Positions 11,501-23,500 of a DNA stretch of 64,000 nt are shown here, in pieces. The stretch covers positions 35,216,001 to 35,280,000 of the forward strand of contig OZ260663.1 in assembly GCA_965285935.1 (NCBI GenBank), read 5' to 3'. Under the pieces are notes generated by a model that saw only the letters and a list, made by a program, of their open reading frames with translations, was not told the DNA's origin and searched no databases. A program made the translations under genes and the position numbers. Within the stretch, counting starts at the first letter, position 1. Every line of letters begins with the position of its first letter. The DNA is from Ophelia neglecta. Its lineage: Eukaryota.

Positions 11501-14500
11501 GGCCCTCCCAGTCTCCGTCCCTGCCACACCGTAACACAGCGTCGCCAATAAGTCGATAGTCCTCTTTACATGAAAATGTCACGGTATCATCAAATCCATT
11601 GCCACTCGTGTCTTGCAAGAAGCCATCAGCAGGTACCTTGACTTCAGGGCATTCAATTTTTATGCACACCGGACCGTCCCCAGCATATACACCCTCATTG
11701 GTACACACAATAGTACTTTCCTCGGTCAGTCGATAGCCGATAATACACTCATATTCAGGAAATTGATCGACAACTGATGTTTTGTGAATTGCGATTGCAT
11801 GACTGGCAACGGGAGGTGATGCACATGTCACCTGTTCACAGACAGGAGGTTGTCCAGACCACTGTTTGTCTATTTGACAAGTTCTGATATTATTTCCTAT
11901 CATATTAAAGCCATAGTCGCAAAAATATGTAGCCCTGTTGTTGTAGAAAATCCCTTGCATCCTGACGGTTCCGTTGTTGATGTCGTCCAGTATTCGACAT
12001 TCAACCCTGGAACAAGTTGGAATAGTCCCTGACCATGTCTGGTTTGACAAGCAAACGGACTGTGCGTCCCCACCGGACATAGCATAACCACGTTTACAAC
12101 GGAATGTGATTTTCTTTCCGTAGCGATAGTCATAACCGTCTAATAGGGAGTTGGCCGGACGTTCTGGTGGCGGACACTGGACTCTTTCACACAGCGGTAT
12201 GGGTGATTCCCAAAGCCCACCCACTCCGCAGGTACGTTCGGTAGGGCCATCTATGTAATACCCTTCGTCACATTCATAATATATTGTTGATCCGTAGGTG
12301 AAGTTCCCGCCGATCATTCGACCGTTAGAGATGACGTCAGAAGGCTGCTCACATTCAATTCTAACACACACCGGGGCTTCTTCGCTCCATTTCTGCTCTG
12401 CGGTGCACGTCCGCTCGTTTGCTCCATTCAGTACATACCCTGGCTCACATTTGTAGGTTATTCTGTTTCCTACGGAGTACCTTTCCCCGTATATAGTACC
12501 ATGCTCGAACAAACCGGGCGTAGGACAGTTTTCCTCCAGGCATTCTGGGTCTCCTTCTGTCCATTCTTTGTCCTCAGAGCAAGTTCGTTTCTCGGGACCG
12601 TTAATCTTGTAGCCCTGATCACATTGGTACTCTATTACCGAACCGTATGACGTGTCCTGAAGCACATATTTGCCATTATTGACTTTACCTGGCTTGGTGC
12701 ATTTGACTGGGAGGCAGGATGGGTGTGGACCTGTCCATGTACTATCCGCCCGGCAGGTACGAGTATCCTTTCCATTAACTTCATACCCCTTTTCACACCC
12801 AAATCTGATGGTCATATCAGAATAGTAAGGTCCCTGGGATATGTAGCTGCCATATTTGATTGGTGTAGGCTCACTACATTCAATCCTCTTACACTTACGT
12901 CCCCATCTAGCCAGACCACTCCATCGACCGTTAGCCAGGCAAATACTCATTTCCAATCCAAACAATTTATAGCCGTTATTGCACACGTACTTAATTTCGT
13001 CTTGATACTTGTAACTGGTGCCTTCAACGAAACCGTTTTCTGGAGCAACGGGTTCCTCACATGCCCGGGGCTCACAAGACGGTGGAACGGAAGGGTCCCA
13101 TAGCCCATGCGAGTTACAATGAGCTTCATGTTTCCCTTGAATGATGAAACCTGGATCACATGAATAGCTAATATTAGCTTGATACGTGAAATTGACGCCT
13201 TTAACAATTCCATTTTTTACACTAGGGGGTTTTGCGCACGACACTGGGACACAGGTTGGTAGTGTGCCATTCCATGTAGCGTTTGCTTGGCACACACGAG
13301 TGTTTTGTCCAATTAAATTAAAACCGGCAGCACAATGGTACACCACAGAAGAGGTGAACGTGATCGTGGTAAATGCGACTTCCAAATATGGAAGGCCAAC
13401 AGGAGAGGGGCATTCTTTGGGTATACAGAGTGGCGCCTCTTCATCCCATGTCCCATTTATTGTACAAGCCACCTGACTCTTTCCTTGTAATTGGAACCCA
13501 TTGTCACATCTAAACGTTACTTCCTCACCGAATGTGAATGTCTCTCCTTCCACTGTTCCATTTCTGAAGGGGAGGGGTTCTGGACACCTTATCTTGTCAC
13601 AGATAGGGATGCTCCCCGTCCAATTTCCATCGTGGCCACAAATCACTGTACTGTTATTTTCGTTGAGACTGTATCCTTCATGACACTGATAGTCTACCTT
13701 ATCGTCGATCTTGAATGGTTCGTGCCTTTCCACCAAACCATTCGCCACTACGGGAGGATTGTAACATTGAACTTCGCCACATGTGGGTAGTCCAGTATTC
13801 CAACTGCCATCAAGGAGACAGGTCATAGTAAGTGGACCGTATAATGTATGTCCTTGGGCACAGGTGAAGCCCAATGTGTCACCAGGTATATACGGATTTT
13901 TCTCTCCACTGATAATCAAATGTGTTGACACCCCATTCGGTGGCTCGCAGTTTATTTCTGGAGGGAGAAATATAACGTTAGATGAGTTAGTGTAGCGGCG
14001 TTAACGATAGTTAAAAATATCATTACACAAATAGTAAACACAGTACCCAAACATCTAGGTGGACTGCTGCTCCATGTGCCGGATGTGGTACAATTGCTTG
14101 TGGCAGAGCCTTCTAATATATAACCTTCCTTGCAGTGGTATTCTATCACGTCGTCTACCCAATATTCAGGATCCCAAAGAATACCATTTACTCGGCTGTA
14201 TACTCCATGTGCTATTCCAGACGGCTTTTGGCAGCTTCTCTCTGCAAAATGTAAGACAGGTATACTAGAAACCTTGTGTATGGTTATTGGATTGAATAGT
14301 TAAGAAGCTCACCAATAGAAAATTAAATTCATACTTGTGCACAGTGGTTTCTCCCCGACCCAAACGGATCCCATGCCGCAGGTTATTGTGTCAGTAGCAC
14401 CAATGACGTAACCAGGAGCACAGCTATAAATGGCCAATGACCCTACTTCTGTGCTGTTCCAACTGACATAACTGTTGTCGACGTTTCTAGGTTCCGGACA

Positions 14501-17500
14501 AGCTGGGCACACAACAAATTACTTTGTAAAAAAAAATAGCTGGCATGTTTACGACTTATATTCTCCTAAATATTCTTCAGTTCGTGTCGTCCGATATCCT
14601 TACCTTCGCAAATCTCAGAGTCTGATATTTCGATGGATCCATGAATCCCGGCAAGAAAATCAGGCCAAGCCAGGACATTGCCTATTCTTTCAGTACAATC
14701 GGATGCCAATTCTATGATCTCACGGTGGCTCAAAATCCTGTCCCACAAGCTCAGTTTAGATAGTTTACCGATGAATGCCTCAAGGAGACTGAATTGCCCT
14801 CCTCTTTTGTCTTGTTCCTGGCCAATCACGAGGAAACCCCCGCCTGTAATAAACACCAGTTCACAACACTATTCAGCCGGCCAGACATATTCAGTATTAG
14901 TTTTAAGTGAAGTAAACGAAAAGCGTGGGTGTTTCACATCTTACATTTCTGGATTCAGGTACCTTGTATGGTTTGTCCCTTAGCTAGTTCTTTTCCCTCT
15001 TGAATGAGCTTGCCGTCTTTATAAACCCGATATGCTCCTTCTCTGCTTGACCATACCATGCAAATGTGATGCCACTTATTCCCCGTGGCCGTTACATCCG
15101 TTACGACGGACTGGTTGTTGACATAAACTGCAAACCTGGTTTAAGTTTAATGTAGATAAATATAAGTGTTGCACAGAGGTGTCGTATGATTCAGGTATTA
15201 AATAACAAGCCTTCCCTTCAGTAAATCATACAGCTTCATAAAAGTGGGAATAAAATGTTATGTGTGTTGGCAGTCTTTCTACAATATTGAGGCAACCTGG
15301 ATTGTGGTTGCAATTAGTTACGAGGAAAAGTGTTCTATCCGAAAGTAAAAAGTCAATATACTAACCCGCTATATTCCGTAATTGTCAGGGCGTTATCGTA
15401 GAGGTGATTGGCGTACGAGAATGGAGTGCCGTGATATTTAGGCGAACCCTCGGAGTCCCAAGTGATCATCCAGAAGGCTAGAGTCACCGCAGTCAGGTTT
15501 GGCAGCGCTCCGTCGAGCGCAATGTAGTCCGTGGTGCTTACATGCTCCGCTCCGAACATCAGGTCAAATGAGGAATTCAATTCTGAAAATGAGAGATTAA
15601 CATCAGATAATGTTGAATATTATTATATATTTTATTTAAACACATGACCCTTCACGACAAATCTATTCAAATTTGTCGTCAATTGCACTGTTTATAATTA
15701 CCAATTTTGTATCAGGAGTGTTGAAAATGAAACAAGTGGATGACAAAAGATATCTTAAATGACTTATTTATCGAATTATGGCCCTTTGCCGTGAATACGA
15801 ATACACCTATTCTGCCACTTAACATGCGGCAGAAACCATATTTTTAAAGCAAAATTAAATACAAATAACGTTTGACCATGAGCGATAGATGAGAATACAA
15901 AGGGAATAGACTGGTCGTGGTTTAATGGAGACCTCTTAAGCCTGCGTGAAGAAGCATTAGGGTCTGGTCTTTTAGCAGTAAGTTTGCATGGTTGCGTTTT
16001 GGCAATTTAAAGAGAACTGACTTGTTTGACAGAGGTTGCCGCTGTAGGCAGGAGGACACAGACAAGTAAAGGCCGCGACCAGATTGACACAAGTGGCCCC
16101 TTGAAAACACGGAGATGATACACACTCATCCACCTCGGTCTCACAACGCTCCCCATTGTAGCCGGCACTACACTGGCAACTGAAATAGGTTGAACAATAC
16201 AATGAAAAAAAAAATAGTAAATGTGAACAAATTTAAGACAGTCGACTAAAGACTATTACCAGCCAAACATTGAGGTAGTCAAGCTACTAAGCTTAAGGAA
16301 GCGTTACAAAAAATGATTGACTGTCCTCTATCATGCATAAGCGCATCCTTTTGAAATAAAGATACCTGCCTTGATTTATTCAAATTAAACTTTGTTTTAA
16401 ACAACAAAAGTTAACATTAATGCAGTTTTTACCTGTAAAAATTAATATCGTCCTGGCAAGTGCCTTCATTGAGACAGGGTGAACTCGCGCATTCGTCTAT
16501 ATCTGTTTGACACAAACTGCCAGAATATCCGGCAGGGCAGGCGCAGGAAAAAGATGCTACCTTGAATAAAACAAACACGCTTTCTTATATAAATTTACTC
16601 TGTTCAAAAAATGTATGTTAAACTTATTACAATTGACACCAATGTATTATTCTTGATTTTTACTCCAATTACCATTTTAAGACAATTAATTATTTTATGA
16701 ATAACCTGGTCAAGGCACGTCCCACCGTTCTTACACTGGTTTTCTTCACAATCGTCTTCATCGATTTCACACTGTGTCCCTTTATGACAAGATATACAGA
16801 GTGAAAAGCCTGCATATATCAAACTCAATTCCTACAATATTAACAATTCCAAAGATTTCAGAAACTATGTTGCAATAGCTATCTGAGAAGTAAAACTACG
16901 TGTCATCCACTTAGTTGCCAAAATCCACATAATGTCGGCTGTAGTTTAATAAGCAATCTCGTGATATTTTAATGCCAACAGAAAGTCGGTTAATTCCCCA
17001 CATAAGTCAACAGTTTTCCTCATCGTCTAATTCTGCACAGTAAGTAGCCTTATTCCGCGCAGTGTACACCTAGGCTACTTACTGCTCGGAATTAGACGAT
17101 GCGCGAAATTGTACGACTTTACCCTTTATCCTAAATGATAAGACATGTTGTTTAATTTCAATTTCAAAACATATTTCGGTATTTGAGAGAACTGGTATAA
17201 ATGTTTGATGTGCATATTTTCCATTGTCAGCAATTAATTATGTGTTCTGGATACTAAATTGTTGCATTTTGCACAATGAACATTGAATGTTCATCAACTA
17301 TTAATACAGACAATATAAACAATGTTTGGAAATTTTTCTTACCGTTGAAGCCGTCCACGCAATGACAGATAAACGCACCATTGAGATTCTCGCAGGTGCC
17401 ATTGTTTAAACATGGTGAAGATTCACATTCATCCACTTCTACATCACACAAATCTCCTTTAAAAGGCAGAAATTCGCAAATAATGTCATACTCTGATACT

Positions 17501-20500
17501 AACTATATCCAGACTACAGAATCGGACGAACACTTTCTATTATACTTGTTGGCTGCTGTAATGTCATGTACAAAACATTGAACGCCTTAATCTACTCCAT
17601 CCTACTTTGATTAATAATTATCAAACAATATAGAACATGCTCATACCTATCATTAAGTTAATTCTAACACATTACTGGTCGATATGTAAATCCTTTAGTA
17701 GATTGTTTATTTATTGTTTCTTGACGAATATATGTTAACAATTTACTTGTAAATGTGTATGCGAAAGCAGTAAATAATATGAGCATACAAGCTGAAAATG
17801 AACGATACAAATGCGATGTCATATGCTCTAGTCGGAGTTATAGGCCATATTTGCAAGTCATGTATAATTCGTGCTAAGCACGAATAAGATATCTACAAAG
17901 TCGTAATGATAACTGTGACGGTAGCCAGTTGTCTTATGTAATATGACGGTTTATCGAATATATGGTGAAAAGAAGAGAACCGGCTAGGCAATCTTTGTCC
18001 GTCTCCATAAAAACTCAAGAGGTGACATTGTGGCATAATATAACGTTGTTTATTTTTATCGGCAGCATAATATGCAAGTGTTTTAAGATTTCAGTTATAG
18101 AAAATTTGAAACTAATAAGTAATTTCTAACAATTATATATCAATTGGACTGCAACGAAGAATGATGATTACCTAATCAGCTGTCATTTTGTAACTTGTTC
18201 TTAAATTTGATTGTTAAAGTACTTTTTTTTTTAAACTAAAATTATATGATGAAAAATTGTCCATAAATAGGTCGCTAGCATTCTTTGTATAGGGTGCCTA
18301 AAGGAATCATTATCATCGCACACAGAGAAAGATTATTCCTTTGGCTTGTTACAAGACGTATTTTTGTTAACATATTAATTCATGCATTCCTCTCGTAGAA
18401 GATATATTTAATATATATTTAATTTACCTATAAATCCGGAAGGACATGTACAGTTGAAGTCGTCAAGCAAGTCTATGCATGTGCCATTGTTTTTACAGGG
18501 TGTCGACTGACACTCATCTATTTCTAGCTCACAATGTAAACCTTGAAAAATACAAATCACTGCGATAAATTCGAATAATGTATAAAAACAGCAAACCAAA
18601 GTAGTACTGATTTTTTTGCAGAATGGTGATACGGTAAACAACATCCAAACACTCCATCCTTACAGAAATCAAATCATTAAACGATGAAATCCAAGTCATC
18701 AAATGCATTTTTATACAATATTTGCCTACCTGTCCAACCAGATAAGCAGTGGCATGTGTATCCCACTTTGAGGCTCTCACATGTTGCGCTATTGTTACAT
18801 GGCAGTTTAAAGCACTCATTGATGACCAGCTCAGACGTCGGTATACTGTTGTACTTCAATGCCACACTTTCCGTTATGCCGTCACAATCCGTCAACTTGG
18901 TGGAGCCTGGATGGGAAGTTGCCACCTGCAAACGGTATGTGATTAGAAAAAAAAGGCCATACCTCCCAATCCATTATTCAAATTAACCAATATATGTATA
19001 TGTATATGTGTTTATTTTCACAATGCATACACGTTGCTTAAATTAATAGACCGTTGACAGAAGCGTTGCTATGATATATTTTCCTACTGCAAATTGTGAT
19101 GTGTGCACACTCGATCTGTACATGATAAATTGTGTAATTTCTGTTTAGAACTCAAATAATTATTCAAAACTAAATCTATTGATATCAAATAGTGCTTTTA
19201 CCATAAACAAGCCTGACGTGTTGAAACAAACTTAGTTTTATATTGAGTTCTAATCCAACTTTAGTCTATAGTTAATATGTTTGGGAAAATCATAGCACAT
19301 GAAACCTATTCCAACCTATACCATCCTTGCAGGGCGGGTACCCTTTTTATATTGAGATGGTGCCGCGCAGCACCGCAGTACGTCCGCGATTCACCTTTTA
19401 CACGGCAATGAGACGCATATTTGACTCGAATTTATTGATATACTTATAGTTACTACCTTGCCTGGACATAAGAAGCAGGACGCCTTTCCTCTGTCTGGTT
19501 GGAAATATCCTCGTGGACAAGGAAAGCATGGTTCTAGTCCTGTCTTAGACACGTATCCTTCACGGCACATAACTGGAAAACAAACGTGAATGACATAATT
19601 AGGAAAAGAAAGAGACCGAACATCGTCGCACGTTTTTATTGCATATAATTCATGTTAGTTTGGTATATGTTCATAATTACCAAATTTATTCATTGGTACT
19701 CTTTATGAATAGTCTACATGTTCCATGTGCAAAAAAATATTGCTTACCTCCACAGTCTTGCACCTTCCTGGTTCCCCGCCTCCATGTTGTAGTGTTGTCA
19801 GGACACTGGAGACACGCGTTCTGGGCATAGAGTGGTTGATACTGACCAATCTCACAGGTCTCGCAACCCTCCAAACCACTGGCCGAAAAACTACCAGGCA
19901 AACACTGTCCTAGTTATTGGTAAGAGATAGGCAAACGGTTAAAAATGAGAATATGTTAATCAAAACGTATCAGTTGGAATTTAACACAGCGTAAACTAAT
20001 ATAATTCTCCCAGTGACGGCTACTAATATGAACAAGACATTGGGTAATGTCCGCTGACGATATTTAATTTGTGTAAAGTTGAATAGTTACCAATACCGCT
20101 TTCAACTGTGAAAAGTGTCTGTCCTTCGTACCGTGTCAAATTAAATTTATGAAGGAAAACACATAAACTTTATCAACATACCTTACCCAGCTCTATATTA
20201 CAAACATATATTTATTCCGAACAATAATATAGTAAATCCTAGGAGCCAAATGCATTCTAGCGTACACAACAAGGCTTTAGTAGTACATAGATGTATCACA
20301 CATGTGTCGCATATGCTCAAATGACACCTATTTTTTGGAATAATTTAGGAAGAAATGTTCCAATAATCCTGAAAAAGGTTGTTGTAGGCAAATTTTCACA
20401 GGAGTTAGCACTTAAAGAATCTATTCATTTTAATCAGTAGCAAACCATGGCAACATGTTATACAATAACTTCATACTAATATAGTACAGCTTGTTGCTTT

Positions 20501-23500
20501 TGTACATTACTTTTTGCTCGATGGTAACAAAAATGTGAGTATAATTTGCAGTGACCTTTGCAGTCGTCCTTGCTGCGGGAGTTATTAGAGGTTGTAGACG
20601 TGTTACTTGGGCAGACGAGACATGTCAGCTGACCTCCGACCTCCTGATATGTGCCCTTATCACAACTCTCACATTCTTCACTAATCACGTTGAAATATGT
20701 GCCGCCCGGACAGTTAACTGCAGGGCACAAAAAAATATGTACATGTATGTATCAGAATTATTTACTGATTTTAACAGTTTTAAATAGTCAATTTTCAGAT
20801 CCCAAAATTTCTTTTCCATAAAAAAAATTTGTAGATTTGTGATAAACATGGTGGTTAGAACCAATCAATTTATATTTTCCATTTGTTTACATATTCGGCC
20901 ATAACAAAATTTTTCCTATTTACCACATGTGGTGTTTTCCACAATCACCGATCCTTGCTTGCAGACAAACCGAGGAACGTCATCCAGCACCTCCATTTCT
21001 AGGAATTTTAAACTTTGATCAGGGATCAAAGATTTGAGTTCGCCCGTTTCTGCATCCCTCTTCAAGCTATCAAGTACATTTGTAATCCTCGACCGCAGCT
21101 CGGTTTGACTGGGCCCGTCCATTGAGGCTTCTATTCTTTTGGCCCTGCCTTGTTTAAGGAAGGAACATCCAAAGTAAGACCAGCTAATAGGGAATTAGTG
21201 CAATATAAGTAATACAAACAAACAGTGTTGCAATTCATTCAATGTACATCAACCGTGTTGATTTACTTAATATTTACCATGAAGTTCGAATGACAATTGG
21301 ACCGTGTTCCCCTCTGTTGGAGGGATGTCTGTACTGGACCTATCGATATCAGCAATGAGGTCCCGAGCCACACGTCTTAGTCTATTTCTCACCGTGTACG
21401 CTCTCCAGCCCCGGCTTCTGTCCACGTTCAGGTCATTGATGAACGACGGTATAGCATTAGGAATATCTACAATGGAAGCCAATATCCAAAAACAAATGTC
21501 AATAAAAAAAGGGAAAACTCAATTGTTTAGAAAAGAAAACATTGTAATCAATGCTATCCGAAACCTCATAATTTGGGCTGTTTAGTTGCATATGTAGATG
21601 TTTCGTCTTCTAAATAATGAATAACGATGAACGCTGTAACCAACCATTTACACCATTATCAAAAAGACACTCCGCGTTCACACGTAGCATGGAGCAGTTT
21701 GCGTACGGGCTACAATACTGAAGAATCTAAAAAACAAAACAAATCTTGAGTGAACATTCTTACTGTTAAACATGGCCTGGTTCAGAAGTAAAATTCAAGA
21801 GCTTCGCATTGATTATATAGGGCTTAACAACGGGATTTGTTATCTAGCAGCCACTTTAAAAACACCAGTCTAGAAAGATCCATGTAAACCATCTATGTTC
21901 ACCAGCAAGTGTCAGTTGATATGCTACTCTCATTGCCTGGTGTCACTTATTTCTTCGAGGACTCATCACACATCATTCTTTGTTTAATATCAAACTAATA
22001 AACCTCTGTGCAAGTAGGTTTGAACACCCACAGTTCCCGTCTCCTAATTAGCGATATTATGCGCAGAGGACCTTAATTTACCAGTCAGCAATGGTGTCTT
22101 GTCAAAAGAGTTTCGCTGGACTTGTGATGTGGGGAAGGCAACTGTCGAGTGCAATACCTGTAGGCACTGTATCAGTGTCAGACTCACAACTATCAAGTTA
22201 GTCTAGTCACAGTTCTAGTTTGCACCTATGTGTTTTATTTTTGCGAACTTTAAAATACGACTCGAACTGCAGCAGTGAGAATACCTTGTTATTCAATTTC
22301 CTTCTGAAGTTTGTTTCCACTTGATTCAGTAGAAAATGATCCTCACATGTTGTATCCACTCCAAAGGTCAGTCGTGAAAACTGGGTGACCTCGTTGGACA
22401 ATCGAGACTCTTAAATTATGAAAATGTCAACAATTTGAAAAACAAAGCAAAACAAGTTGTTGTGTTTCGACTCGAATATTCCTCTCCAAATGTCTAAGTT
22501 ATTTCCATATGCCTACATCCGAAATAATTTCTTTTTAAATAATGATATGTTTTTTATTGTTACCTTCCAACATTAACCTGTAACCGATGCGTTTGACTCG
22601 CGCACGATTTGACCTTAATTACATAGTCGTTTTTGAATGGTATTAACATTCTGACTGAAATCCATTCAGCCATACATAATTTTAGGAATGGATAAGCTGC
22701 TAGTTCTGATGTGTCCAAAAGAAGCAAATTAGTATCTAAGCAATGATATAAAATATTTGTCATAGAACGCGGAGAGTTGCCATATTCCTTTGCCGTGTAC
22801 TCTTATCCCCGTCCCAAAATCAATACATGTGATAATTCGATTTTTTAAAACTACAAACCAATCACAGAATTACGTATCATAAACAAATTGTTTGAAATCA
22901 AAGTCGGCAGACGAACCAAGTTTATTCATGTTGAATATGGAAGGAAAGACACTCATGCATGTATACTCATTTAATGTATTTAATATATTTACAATGTCAA
23001 CATTATACTTTAATTTATGTTAAATCATGAACCAGAAATGATTCGTTTATTTAAATAACTAAAACTAAATTGATCAATAGTTGCAAACCTGAGCAGTCGG
23101 GAAAGGGAAACTTGTCCGCTGGCAGCCAGTTTCCTGAGTCAAAGTCACAGAAGTAAGAGCTGGCAGGAGGTATGGCGAAGCCATAACCGGGATGACACTT
23201 GAGGGAGCATCGCATCCCATTAAACAGCGGTTCACACTGTATATCACCGTTATACGGCGCAGGGGGGTTAGCGCAGGCGTGTTCTGTAATGTACATCTCG
23301 GAACAATAATTCAGCTACATGTATTTGAAATGATATCCATAAACAACAATATGTTTTTTTTTTTTTTTTTACCCATGTCTCTTAAACTCTCACCCTTACG
23401 CTTTCATACAATGAGCTTTCCATTTGCAATAACAAGTGCCTTGGAAGTAGAGAGCAAAGAACACTTGTATAATAGTTGGTCAAATTAAAGCTTAATTTAA

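Noticed and set aside
6049-13931. Treating the 1701-aa and 802-aa ORFs as stand-alone complement-receptor or CSMD-like genes
   Set aside because: Neither has a signal peptide or true start; both are bounded by in-phase splice sites linking them to the SVEP1 exons.
6915-13995. Many 60-126 aa ORFs on the plus strand and in alternative minus frames overlapping the giant exons
   Set aside because: Shadow ORFs of a long coding exon; no motifs or independent gene signals.
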